From Ginkgo biloba (lineage: Eukaryota > Plantae > Ginkgophyta): 22,123 nucleotides of DNA. The DNA is taken from the NCBI GenBank assembly GCA_024626585.2, contig JANKJI020000004.1, positions 31,136,777 to 31,158,899 on the forward strand, written 5' to 3'. The position numbers were made by a program, and so were the translations under genes. Below the pieces are notes generated by a model that was not told where the DNA came from, did not search any database, and saw only the letters and a program-made list of their open reading frames with translations. Positions 8,739 through 20,890 of the stretch are shown in pieces (within the stretch, counting starts at the first letter, position 1; each line of letters begins with the position of its first letter).

Positions 8739-11700
8739 ACCCTGAAACTTTGATTTTGAACAAGCACGTTTCAGAAGGCTGATGAGATCTGGATTTTATT
8801 ATCTATCCAGTTGAAATTTGTCTTTCAATCTACTCCAAGGCACAGAGAACCTGCAGATAATAATTTTATAATATCTTCCATGTTGAACAGATTGCTCATG
8901 TTTACATTTATGGTTTGATGAATTTCTCCATTCATGTTTTTGTAACAGTGCTTTTTCTTGTCTATGCTGCGTTCTTGTTAAATATTTGAAAGTAACATAA
9001 CATGTCATCTTTTTTTTCTGTTTGTGAAAAGAGATTTTTAAATCACTTTTTATTTTCTTGGTGGGGTTAGGGGGAAGGGCCTGTTCACAGGCCATTTTTT
9101 TTGTGGATAAATTCCTGTNNNNNNNNNNNNNNNNNNNNNNNNNNNNNNNNNNNNNNNNNNNNNNNNNNNNNNNNNNNNNNNNNNNNNNNNNNNNNNNNNN
9201 NNNNNNNNNNNNNNNNNNNNNNNNNNNNNNNNNNNNNNNNNTATATCAGTGTAAATAGCTGCAATGAGTGTGCTTGATCAATAGGTGCAAGAGTAGTCTT
9301 GGCATCAAAACATGATGTGGATAACATGTAATGTTTCTACCAGTTACAGGAATTTTGTTTGAAATTTTTTCCTGTAACACTGGGCGAGAGCATTCATTCT
9401 CAGCAAGAATGTAGAGGAGGTTACTGTTATCAGTTATCCATCACAATAGAATTTCTTCTTTCGATTGGATCATTGGCATTATTTCTTAACCTCTATTGTT
9501 TTTGTGGTCAGTTCAATGGGTTGCTAAAGAGGCACGCACACTGGCTCAATTAGGTCTTAAGAATCCTATAAGAAGCACTTAGAACGATTAACTCAACTGT
9601 AGAAGTGTAAATGAGGTCATACACGGCATTTATTGTATGCCATGCTTGTACGACCTTTTAGGTTAAGCAGATGACATTTGCTGCAGAAAATAATGTGCCA
9701 ATTGTTTAGGCCTGTTCAGTGGCTTCAAAACGAGTGGTTGTAAGCCCTATTCACCCCCCAGAGAGAGAAAATATGACTTCTCGTAGTTCCAACTGCTTTT
9801 AGGTTTGCTGCCGACTGCCAGACTACTACAATTAAGGTTGGCTGAGGAAGATTGACACATGATGGTGGGACCCACAGGCTCATGTGAGGCTAGTTTGAGC
9901 CCCCACGTGTGGAATGTACTGAAGGTCAATCTGGGTTAGCTAGGGGCCATCGTTTTGAGGCCATACAAGTATAAATATGTATGTTGGCCATTACACATGT
10001 ATAATCATCTTCAGAGTGGCGACTTACACTTCTAGATCTGATTTATAGCAAAAGGACAGCACGTAGAAGGGAGCTACCATATATATACAACAAATATTTG
10101 CTGTCCAAGAGTAGAATATAAATCTACAGTGTTTATGCTAGGCATGGCATACGAAGGCAGTGGTATTCTGCCATATTTAGTTTTGAGAGTAGAATATTCA
10201 GTCATAGGGGCAGAGTATTCTGTTGTAGTAGCTGATATATGCTGAATATCAGTTGTAATTTTGCAAAACAATGCATATGCAGTGTACCTATTGCAAGTTG
10301 CAGGATGTGGCAACACTAATTTGTTNNNNNNNNNNNNNNNNNNNNNNNNNNNNNNNNNNNNNNNNNNNNNNNNNNNNNNNNNNNNNNNNNNNNNNNNNNN
10401 NNNNNNNNNNNNNNNNNNNNNNNNNAAATAAGAGCTGTCAGTGAGTAGTCGATGCATTGAACGAAGAAGTCTATGAACATTGAATAGAGAAGTCGATCGA
10501 TTTGAAGCACTTGTGAAATATTTAACAAATTTGTTATTGTTAGGACTCAACATTTTTACACAGTGTCCTTCCTCCAATAGTCTACGATAGTTGTGTAGAG
10601 ATAACGTAGAAATATATGTAATCTGGTGACGTATATTTTGTAAACGTGAGCTATAAAGGACTGGCGAACAGATCTGTCGACAGAGGCTCTATGCTGTGTG
10701 AAGTTTTCTTTGCATAGGGTGGCGTCGTATGGATGTTAGATTATGTTGGGGAAGAAGCGATGCAGTCTGTGAATGTGAGAAATGTTGTTAACATAATCGT
10801 GCATTGACCAAGAGCCATGAATAATCAATGCCTTAAATAGAATCGTCTGCTAACGTTGATAAGGAGTTGAGTATGTGTATGTTTGTGGACCTATGCATTG
10901 TGATCATTGTTTAAAACAACAAACGTGGATCATGTAATATATATTCAAATATGAATGGCTTCATCAATGATTATTGCTCTACAGGTTTTGAACTCTGATC
11001 TACGAGCAGTCAATCGAAGAACGCTATGCACAACAAATTGTGGATAGGAGACGACAGAGAGAAGCCATAGACAAAAACTAAATCAAAATTCAATGATGTA
11101 TGTGCAACAAATCTTTGCCAAGGCAATAATGGCGATAAACTTGCCCTTGCGTGGTTGAGAGTCATAATTATAAATAATAGAAAAGTCGATACTACTACAA
11201 AAATCTTATTGGAGGAACATAGCCATGAAATATTTGAACTTGAACATGAATGATAAGATGAAGTGCAAGTGATGGGGAATGCATTGCATTCTCTAATATG
11301 GTCGCCAAAATATGTTATTGACAGATATTACTTCCCCAGAGTAATACCTGTTAAGAACATATTCAAAGGACTAAAAATATGGAGGTTCTTTATACACGGA
11401 GTCCTTGATGTAGCAAATGCATAAAGAAATCATGAGAAATGATAACAAGAGAANNNNNNNNNNNNNNNNNNNNNNNNNNNNNNNNNNNNNNNNNNNNNNN
11501 NNNNNNNNNNNNNNNNNNNNNNNNNNNNNNNNNNNNNNNNNNNNNNNNNNNNNTAGTTGGAAAATTAATTATAGGATTTTAAATCCAAGGATTTTGAAAG
11601 TAAGTTGATATGTATGTGTTCATGTGATTATTATAGTAAGTTGTTTGATGCATGTGTTTTCATGGGGATCAACATATGAACCTGAAAACAAAACCCTTAC

Positions 11701-13697
11701 AAACACATCTGTAATGTTAAACATGTAAAGGTCTATAGTGGTCCTTGACAGTGTAAGGTGGTGTTGTGGAACGAGGTCCTAAAATGTTCATAAGATTATA
11801 CCAACAAACACTTATGGACATATAGGGCATGCAAGCTATCATATTTATGTTCACAAGTATTGTTACCACAATATGGCCATTGCAATGGTTAGACATACAA
11901 GTGATTTACCATGTGAATCTATTTGAGTGACTTAAGGCATGCTAAAGTANNNNNNNNNNNNNNNNNNNNNNNNNNNNNNNNNNNNNNNNNNNNNNNNNNN
12001 NNNNNNNNNNNNNNNNNNNNNNNNNNNNNNNNNNNNNNNNNNNNNNNNNGGTGGGGTATTAGTGTCCTATTGTGGAATGTGGTCACCTTGTACTCAAAAG
12101 GATTTTGGAATTCACCTTGGTAGGTGCATGGATTTGCATACTTGGGTGCTACCTCACATTGATTGAGGAAGGTTAAGTAGGAGCAATCCCGTGTAAAATA
12201 CCAAAGAATGTGATCAAGTATTTATTAGAGCTTGTTGTGCATAAGCTTGTAGGAGGTGATTCCCATGCCCAGGAATGACATATATTTAGTCTAATCTCGT
12301 CATCAACATCTAGTTAACATTGCTACACTTGGGTTCCTTTGGTAGCAAAGTCAAATCCTAAAATTGTAATGCTAGTGTTTGACGACTATTTGTAATGTCT
12401 TATTTTGTAGGAACTTAGCATGTGTCAATTACAACTATACGAGGTGTGGTCTAAGTGCCTCCTATCATGCATTTTGGTCTCCTTGCATGTAAAAGGGACC
12501 TTTGAATTCTATTTAGCACTCATTAGCCTACATCATTGGGTGATATATCACATTGATTGAAGTTGAATGGGGTGGGATTTGGCGTGAAAGATCATCAGAT
12601 ATAAATAAGTGTTTACTGGAGTCTTGAATATNNNNNNNNNNNNNNNNNNNNNNNNNNNNNNNNNNNNNNNNNNNNNNNNNNNNNNNNNNNNNNNNNNNNN
12701 NNNNNNNNNNNNNNNNNNNNNNNNNNNNNNNCATGTATATTGATTGCCTTTGCTTTGGTGTATGATATTTTGCAGGTTGGCATTCCATTCAGACCATTGG
12801 ACTGGAGTGCACCATAGATACTCACTGGCAACATCACAAGAATTCGTGGTTCCCATAATCTTGTAGCGATTCTTCATCAATTTTGTTCCTTTAACTTATC
12901 TTTTATGGTATGTTTCATTTACCTAGAACTATCTTTTTGTAGAGTATTTATACCAGTTAGTCCTCTCACACCAAAGCCTAGTATTTATAACTAGGCTCTC
13001 GCATCTTGGGTACACTTTCTCTTATTTATTATTCATCTTTTTTCAATAAAAGTAATGACATGATTATTCAAAAAGGAGAGTTGTATGCCTAATTGTAATC
13101 AATGAGTAAATGTTATTTGTACTTTCTTGATATCTCATTAAATGCACATTTAATTATATATTTTTCTCATATTTTAAGTTTATTAATGGCATACAAATCT
13201 ATATAATTTGTATAGTAGAAATTTTATTCAATCTATAAGGCACAAATGTTCGTACAAATTTGTATGGACAAGTGTATGGTCTGTTCATATAGTTTGTATG
13301 AATTGTTGATGTCATCATTATTTTTTTGTTGTTCTTCATTTTGGCATCATTTAATCCTTTCCACTTCTATCACATCATTGCTATGTCATTCTAGCACAAT
13401 GTCAACATTGTTAGGTTGCCATATTAGCATCGAGGCACTTAAATCCATCCTTTAACTTGCCAAAATTTCCTTTGAGTGCTAGAATTTCTCCTTGTCTTGT
13501 TAGGATTTTCTCCTAGTTGTTGGATTTTTTTTGTCCTCATTATGTCATTAATACCTTGCTATACAGTATTATCTTGAGTTTCCTCACTCAAGCAAGATAA
13601 GCAAGTTTTTAAAGGGGCTCATGGGATTGGGAGGGGGTATTTTGGCTCACAGCCATGCTCCCTTGCCCATGATAATTTTGATCCTTTGTTATTTCAT

Positions 13698-13760
13698 GCC
13701 TTTCGTGCGAGTTGGAACTTACTCGATAATAAATTTTAGTAACTTAGGATCATTATAGTT
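13698..13760 (-). pseudogene. rrn23: Decayed 23S rRNA fragment, copy 2 (shorter duplicate of the same segment)
   Basis: The minus strand aactataatgatcctaagttactaaaatttattatcgagtaagttccaactcgcacgaaaggc matches the same 23S stretch (...gtaagttccgacccgcacgaaaggc). Confidence 0.8.
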
Positions 13761-13834
13761 TTGACTATGGTAATCCTCTTTTAGCTGTACTATTACCAAT
13801 GTAGCTAGAAAAAGTGAGTTCTCAAGAATTTTGG

Positions 13835-13987
13835 ATCTTTACAAATATGCCTATTTCATTGGGTCTCTCTCTAAGACAATAACCAAATTATTGTGTCTTT
13901 TGTGAGGGTCATAACTTACTCGATAAGGAATTTCACTACCTTAGGACCATTATAGTTACAATCATCGTTCGTTGAGGCTTCGATTGC
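13835..13987 (-). pseudogene. rrn23: Decayed plastid-type 23S rRNA fragment (NUPT-like), copy 1, H69-H71 region and downstream
   Basis: The minus strand gtaactataatggtcctaaggtagtgaaattccttatcgagtaagttatgaccctcacaaaag...tgtcttagagagagacccaatgaaataggcatatttgtaaagat aligns by eye to the 23S sequence gtaactataacggtcctaaggtagcgaaattccttgtcgggtaagttccgacccgcacgaaagg...tgtctcggagagag...gtgaaatagacatgtctgtgaagat. Differences are mostly C>T and G>A. Confidence 0.88.
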
Positions 13988-14107
13988 AATATTCTCTTTG
14001 GTATGCTTTTCCATTGTCATTTTCTTGTATTATCCTTCTTATTTCATGTGATATCTTGTTAATATTCTTGTCATTAGTTTTGTATCTCAACGAAGATCAC
14101 TGTATTG

Positions 14108-14999
14108 NNNNNNNNNNNNNNNNNNNNNNNNNNNNNNNNNNNNNNNNNNNNNNNNNNNNNNNNNNNNNNNNNNNNNNNNNNNNNNNNNNNNNNNNNNNNN
14201 NNNNNNNNNNNNNNNNNNNNNNNNNNNNNNNNNNNNNNNNNNNNNNNNNNNNNNNNNNNNNNNNNNNNNNNNNNNNNNNNNNNNNNNNNNNNNNNNNNNN
14301 NNNNNNNNNNNNNNNNNNNNNNNNNNNNNNNNNNNNNNNNNNNNNNNNNNNNNNNNNNNNNNNNNNNNNNNNNNNNNNNNNNNNNNNNNNNNNNNNNNNN
14401 NNNNNNNNNNNNNNNNNNNNNNNNNNNNNNNNNNNNNNNNNNNNNNNNNNNNNNNNNNNNNNNNNNNNNNNNNNNNNNNNNNNNNNNNNNNNNNNNNNNN
14501 NNNNNNNNNNNNNNNNNNNNNNNNNNNNNNNNNNNNNNNNNNNNNNNNNNNNNNNNNNNNNNNNNNNNNNNNNNNNNNNNNNNNNNNNNNNNNNNNNNNN
14601 NNNNNNNNNNNNNNNNNNNNNNNNNNNNNNNNNNNNNNNNNNNNNNNNNNNNNNNNNNNNNNNNNNNNNNNNNNNNNNNNNNNNNNNNNNNNNNNNNNNN
14701 NNNNNNNNNNNNNNNNNNNNNNNNNNNNNNNNNNNNNNNNNNNNNNNNNNNNNNNNNNNNNNNNNNNNNNNNNNNNNNNNNNNNNNNNNNNNNNNNNNNN
14801 NNNNNNNNNNNNNNNNNNNNNNNNNNNNNNNNNNNNNNNNNNNNNNNNNNNNNNNNNNNNNNNNNNNNNNNNNNNNNNNNNNNNNNNNNNNNNNNNNNNN
14901 NNNNNNNNNNNNNNNNNNNNNNNNNNNNNNNNNNNNNNNNNNNNNNNNNNNNNNNNNNNNNNNNNNNNNNNNNNNNNNNNNNNNNNNNNNNNNNNNNNN
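14108..14999. other. Largest assembly gap (892 N), one of about 17 gaps
   Basis: Run of N. It probably hides the rest of the integrase core. Confidence 0.99.
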
Positions 15000-15460
15000 C
15001 CCTTTGTCACTTGTAAGTTGCATATGATAGCCAAATTATGGAGTAATCATTTCATATAAAAATTGTGCAGTGGTACGCATATTCTATTGATGGATGACAT
15101 GAGCTTCCCACCATTTCATCGTGAAATATTTTTCTATTAGAATATAATGTGTTTAAGTTCATCTTATTCCCTAATGTTGAAATGGGATGGTGGCTAGGGA
15201 TGGGATGAAGGGCATGGTGCATTTGCTGGTTTAGATTTCCTATTCATTAACAGGCATCACACTTTTTAACCCATTTATGAATGTCTTGAAACAACACCAA
15301 CCACCATAATTCTCCATGCAATGTTTTTTGGGTTGTGGCATCATTTACCCCATGTCCTTTGGTGGGGCCTTCACGAGATTTATGATTATGATGTTTACTT
15401 CATGAGATAATACACATTGTTAATGTATGTGACCAAGTCTTAATTGATATAAGGATCCTC
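15000..15460 (-). pseudogene. Integrase relic: HHCC zinc-binding region and start of the core
   Basis: Across frameshifts: LYQLRLGHIH*QCVLSHEV...EGPTKGHGVNDATTQKTLHGELWWLVLFQDIHKWVKKCDAC...MPFIPSLATIPFQH*GI. Confidence 0.85.
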
Positions 15461-15659
15461 CAATTAGTTGAGAAGAGAGGGACTTTTGTGTGAGACTCCT
15501 ACACTCTTATTTACCCATACTAAATGTTGCTTGGCCCATTGATAAATATTTTGCAATACTAATGTATGATTTTGGGAATGCCTTGATATGAAATAAACTT
15601 GTGTATGGAAAATCATCATTGAGCCTCGTCGCTTCTTTAATGGTCTCAATTCAAGAAAG

Positions 15660-16110
15660 AATCTAGAACTACATGGCTTTTCCTTGGCTTGGTGATGATT
15701 TTGAAAGTGAATTCTTGGAATAACAACATCTAACAACTTATTCTTCTTTATAGGACTGGTTTGTTGATTGAGTACATCAATGCCTCATGTTCAACGCAGA
15801 AATAAAATGGATAATAGCCTTAATAGGTAATGCTAGAACTTTTGAATAGCATAAACCATTTCGAACCCCTCTTTGTCTCTGTTACGATGTAATTTATTTT
15901 TGCGAACATTAGTTTCCTGCATGCAAAATACAATGGGTGGTCAATATTTCATTCTCTAGGGTGTGCTAATACACATGCAATTGCTGGTAGAGACGCTTCT
16001 ATGTGAATATGGAACATCTTGTTCCAACCTAGAAAGAGTAGAATGGGGGCATGCATAATCTTTTGTTGAAGTGCGTCGAATGCTTATGGTTGTTCATTTG
16101 TCCATTCCCA
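15660..16110 (-). pseudogene. RT connection and Ty3-type RNase H relic
   Basis: WEWTNEQP*AFDALQQKIMHAPILLFLGWNKMFHIHIEASLPAIACVLAHP...IDHPLYFACRKL...NYIVTE/EGFEMVYAIQKF*HYLL...EHEALMYSINKP...MLLFQEFTFKIITKPRKSHVVLDF. Confidence 0.92.
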
Positions 16111-16159
16111 TTCGCTCCTTTCTTTAATAATGTCTCTACTGGACGAGATATAAAGGTGT

Positions 16160-16980
16160 GGCCTTTAATAAATTTCGGTATTATCTAGTCAGGCCCAAGA
16201 ATCCCTTTAATTGCTTTGGCATTTTTGGTAAAGGGTATTCTACTATTAGGGCCACTTTTGTTGGGTTGTTTAATAGTCCTTATGTTATGACATGCTTGAG
16301 GAGATTGCCGAATGGGACTAAGAGTTGNNNNNNNNNNNNNNNNNNNNNNNNNNNNNNNNNNNNNNNNNNNNNNNNNNNNNNNNNNNNNNNNNNNNNNNNN
16401 NNNNNNNNNNNNNNNNNNNNNNNNNNNNNNNNNNNNNNNNNNNNNNNNNNNNNNNNNNNNNNNNNNNNNNNNNNNNNNNNNNNNNNNNNNNNNNNNNNNN
16501 NNNNNNNNNNNNNNNNNNNNNNNNNNNNNNNNNNNNNNNNNNNNNNNNNNNNNNNNNNNNNNNNNNNNNNNNNNNNNNNNTCAGGTGCAATACTAATTTG
16601 ATTATAACCGTTAAATCCATCGATAAATGAGTATAATTCATGACCACCACCTTATCTGACATGTAATCCTTGAATTGTATTGGAAACATATCCTTCTTAT
16701 TGACTTTATTTATTTCTCTCTATTCTACCCAAATTCAAAGTTTTTTATTTTTTATTTTTGCTACCACAACTAGGCTTACCCATTCATTGTTCTCCATAGG
16801 GTGTATGTACCTTGGATCAAACATCTTGTTAAGTTTCACTTTGACTTACTCTTTGACATTAGGAGTAAGGTGATAGGGGTGTTGTCTAATCATTTTTGTT
16901 CCTTTTATTAACTCAATCTTATATTTTCCAATCTCCAGCGAAATGCCCTTCAAGCCTTGATATAACCACGCAAAAAAGCC
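16160..16980 (-). pseudogene. Reverse transcriptase relic; the catalytic YxDD region falls in the N-gap at 16328-16580
   Basis: FAWLYQGLKGISLEIGKYKIELIKGTKMIRQHPYHLTPNVKE*VKVKLNKM...EWVSLVVV...INKVNKKDMFPIQF.../GHELYSFIDGFNGYNQISIAP. After the gap: VPFGNLLKHVIT*GLLNNPTKVALIVEYPLPKMPKQLKGFLGLTR*YR. Confidence 0.93.
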
Positions 16981-18264
16981 ACCATGTTAAAAAAAATAAT
17001 GCTGTTACTTTTGTGACTTCAACTTCATCTTAATAATCTCCCATAATTATCTTCTTGAGTTCTATCTCAGTGCTAATATTAACATCCCTTGTTTTTATTT
17101 TTTCATGGTAAATTTTGGTGCCTTCTTAATTTAGCGGGTGTTAATGGATTTATTAATTACTCATTCCTCATAATTCAATTCAAATGCTTAGTTGGGAACA
17201 AGTTACATGCCTCTCATTGATTTTTGGATTGTCAATGTCATCTGTGACTTTGGAAGGTTTTTGTTTTTCATTTTGTGTTGATGTGGTGTTTACATTAAAA
17301 CACTTCTTAATTAAGTTTTTTCTTTTGGTTGAAAACATCTTGATCTTTTTGAACATCATATCAATTATTAACACCTTTGATTTATATGAGAATATAAAAG
17401 CATTTTTTTTTTGCAAGCATTCCATTTGAAGTTTTTGTTGTTTCTCAAAGTGGTGATACCATTCTAGTTAGCGAGATTGTAAGAAATGTGGAAAGAGATA
17501 TAGCCACAATTGTTTGGACCTACTATGTTATTTTCACACCCATTTGCACTTCTTCATGTGGCCTTCTAGATTAGTATCTTCTTCATGGCAGTTAAGAAAA
17601 TTTGTTGCCACAAACGTGGTAGCAAAGAGCTCACCAAGTTCATTCCAGTCTTGAGCTTATATGATATAGAGAAGAAATGAGGGGAGCTCATATCTTCTTA
17701 AGGTTAACATAAAATGGGTTCTCCATAACACTTTAATTTTAACTTTTGTTCTTCCCTTTGTTGTTTGCAAGCCTACAATTGTTTAATGGAACTTTTGGTG
17801 CCTAGAAAAATGTGGTGGACTCTGAATGTTGGTAGCATAATCCATCTCTATGCTTTCATCTTCAAAATGTTTTTCACCACCATCATGTAAGATGGCCATA
17901 ATATCTTCATCGGGTTAGTCTTATTCATTTTCCATAGGCATATTATAAGTTTTCTTCATATTATAACATTTATGCTAATTTAGATCATATGCTTCTTGAA
18001 ACCAATTCACCATGAAGCACGAGACTTTATTATCGAAGCTTGCATATATGTTTACTTCTCCTTGATGGTTANNNNNNNNNNCAAGTGCTTTGATTTCAAC
18101 CACATAATGGTATACTAATTCAGAATATAAACTTGCTATGGACTCACAAGATGCGGTGATGCTTGATGTGTCATCTTCCACCTTAAGAAATATTAGCCCA
18201 TTTGCATCCATTAGCGATATTACATTTTTTTCCATCTTATCTTGGTGTGAACATGTATACCTAC

Positions 18265-18560
18265 CAATCTTGGATGGCTTGAGTCTCATGGATCCATTCA
18301 CATCCAAATAAGGAAAGGCATGATCATCCTTGTGTGAGCATCTTCAATACAAAAATCTTGAATCCTTAATCCTACCATTGTGACTAATATATTTTCCACT
18401 ATCCATAATGGTCATATTGACATTAGTTGGCCATAACGAGTGTGTAATGAACAAGTGTCATTATTGGGTTGCCAATTGCCTTCTATATCATTTCAAGTAC
18501 GACCTTTACTATTGAACCTTCATCAATGATGGCCTTTTTCCTAGTTTAATAGACTAATTG
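18265..18560 (-). pseudogene. Retropepsin (aspartic protease) relic
   Basis: KAIIDEGSIVKVV at 18513-18530 (compare IDGGSGVNI) and downstream LFGCEWIHETQAIQDW (compare LLGRPWL...DW). Confidence 0.75.
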
Positions 18561-19182
18561 CATTGTTACATAGGGATCATTATCTAGGTTTGCTTGAATT
18601 CATATGATTGGTATGACATCTTTATTGTAGATGCTTCATGCCATTTACCATGATTGATAAGACTCCCATAATTAAAAAATTGTGGATATTAGTGTGCTCA
18701 ATGTTAGGTCTTTAGCAAATTTCTTTAATATTTTCATCTTTTGATCATCCCTGAGGGTAGCTGGTATAAGTGTTAACATCCCAGTCATGGATGCCACAAG
18801 TGCAAGGGGGTGCTTATTTAGTTGTTTTGGTGGGTCCTGTAGCTATAATCTCCTTTGTGTGTTTATGTACATCTACCTCCATAATTTTCCACTTATTTTT
18901 AATGTGCTCAATTTCATCCCCGAGCCTTTTCAACTCATTATTGTTCTTTTTTCTTCTAATTTTCTAGCTTCCTTACATTTGGATTTTGTCTAATAGTCGA
19001 CTACTTGTAAGAGTTTCTTGGCAGTAGGTAAACAATATTTTCCTTCTTGGGAGTTGGAAAATCTATTTTTTCTTATTTTAGAGCTTGGTGTTTTTCCCTA
19101 ATATCATATAGATGTTTACATCATATGTTTACTTTCCGTCCATTGTGTAGCTTATGATCTCAACTCCTTTATCCTTCTATGG

Positions 19183-19296
19183 AAAGTTTTCGGAGGTGTG
19201 GTCTCTTGGGCCACAATTCTTACATACTGCTCCTTTTTTAGTTTGCTTATATAGGCAATCGTGTGGGATATGCTCCCACTCCAAGTAGTGCACACA
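19183..19296 (-). pseudogene. Two decayed CCHC zinc knuckles (Gag nucleocapsid)
   Basis: C-VH-Y-LEWE-H-IPHD-C and C-KN-C-GPRD-H-TSEN-F both have CX2CX4HX4C spacing. Each has lost one Cys by a single substitution (TAC from TGC, TTT from TGT). Confidence 0.8.
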
Positions 19297-19345
19297 ACAT
19301 AATGTAGGGGTCTGATCATTTTGGTGTGATCCTTGGTAATACACA

Positions 19346-20870
19346 TTATGATTGTTGGTATTGCCTCAATAACTGCCTATATTGCCGTGTCCTTGATATG
19401 GATTGTTTTGGTGATTATGGGATGTTGAGTAGCAATCCTTTGTGTCATGTCTTTTTGACAAAGTAGGCACCATAGTTTGCTAGCGTTGTTTTTTTGTTCC
19501 TTGGAAGCTACTTGGTTGACATTTGTTCTGTTATTTTTTCTTTAGTTTTGATGCATTCTATTATTTAGACTCTTCAACTTTAGTTTGGCATTTTCCACCC
19601 AGTTTTTCAATCCTGTAGCTTTCTTTAGTTTTGGGTCTGATCTTATTTATATTCCAACATAGGTATGGTGCATAGTCTGATGAAAATCTACTAGCTGTCA
19701 ACTGTGTTGATGCATAGTAGGTCCATCCATACACATCTTTTTTTGAATGCCATTGCCAAGTGTTGCACCTGCCCGTAACTTTTGTTGGGGTGCTGTCCTA
19801 TTTTTCTTGGTATGGAGGCAATAACCCATTGACAAAGTATTCATCATGGCAATTGGAGAAATTATATTTTAGCCTTCTAGTATTAGGGCCAATACTTGCA
19901 GTCTCCTACCATAGNNNNNNNNNNNNNNNNNNNNNNNNNNNNNNNNNNNNNNNNNNNNNNNNNNNNNNNNNNNNNNNNNNNNNNNNNNNNNNNNNNNNNN
20001 NNNNNNNNNNNNNNTTATGATTATTGTTATTGCCTCAGTAACTACATAAATTGTTGTGCCTTCGATATGGGTTATTTTGGTGATTATAAGGTATCGAGGA
20101 GAAATCCTTGATGTCATGAATATAAATTAGGCACCATAGTTTATTAGCATTATTATTTTGGTTTTTGGACATTGTTTAGGTTCCATTGGTTCTATATTTT
20201 CCTTTGGCGCTAATGCACTCTCTCATTTAAACTCTTGTATTTCCAAAATCAATTTGAAGTTTTTCAATTTCATAACTTTCTTTAATTTTGGATGTAGTCA
20301 AATTCATATTCCAAAACAGGCATGGCACACATTGTAGCAAAAAATATTTTGGCTTCCAATTATGTTGATATGGAGTAGGTGCATTCATACACACCTATTT
20401 TTCAATTGCTATTGCTGAGTGTAGCACTTGCTTGTAACTTTCGATGGGATGATGTCATATTTTGTTATTGACATCAAGTCAATAATCCATTGTCAAAATA
20501 ATTCATCATGGTGATTAGTGAAATTATATTCTATATTCTAGCCTTCTAATTTTGAGGCTAATAATTGTAGTCTCTGGTCATAATTGCATACTATTTTTCC
20601 AAGTTGTTATTTGATTTCCTTCAATGCTCTATATATTGCGGTAAGTTTGGGTAAAGTTTGGAATCTATTTAGATGTTTAGATCATGTCTTTAGTACTACT
20701 CTACTCTACTAGAATCATAGTAAGGCTTGACCATGAAGGGTAGAAAAGAAGCATCTTTTAATATTCTCTTCATCATTAATATGACATTATATGATATTAT
20801 CAAGGAGTAATGACAAACACTCTAATGGGTTTTGCGTCCATCTCATATCAAATGTGAGAAGGAGTTATTT
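19346..20870 (-). pseudogene. Gag capsid relic with the C-terminal half present twice (20583-20015 and 19914-19346)
   Basis: LLTFDMRWTQNPLECL...INDEENIKRCFFSTLHGQALL*F...KT*SKHLNRF at about 20870-20660 is Retrotrans_gag-like. The downstream copy reads YGRRLQVLALIL.../FVNGLLPPYQEK. Confidence 0.72.
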
Positions 20871-20890
20871 ATGAGCACGTAGATCAGGGT

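Noticed and set aside
9865-9906. GC-rich hairpin gtggg..ggctca...tgagcc.cccac
   Set aside because: The stem is short and interrupted. There is no tRNA/SINE A-B boxes or miRNA-length duplex, so it is compatible with chance.
10430-13690. LTR-like or repeat-like intergenic sequence, including a + strand purine tract gggagggggta near 13628-13639
   Set aside because: I could not identify coding domains, paired termini or a match to the putative LTR at 21730-22123, so it is left unannotated.
13698-13987. Functional rRNA gene, bacterial contamination or a homing-endonuclease locus
   Set aside because: The fragments are short, heavily deaminated and embedded in nuclear repeat DNA. There is no group I intron or LAGLIDADG ORF nearby.
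13972-15034. ORFs of 300-350 aa in the ORF track
   Set aside because: They consist almost entirely of X from the 892-N gap. The same applies to the other X-containing ORFs.
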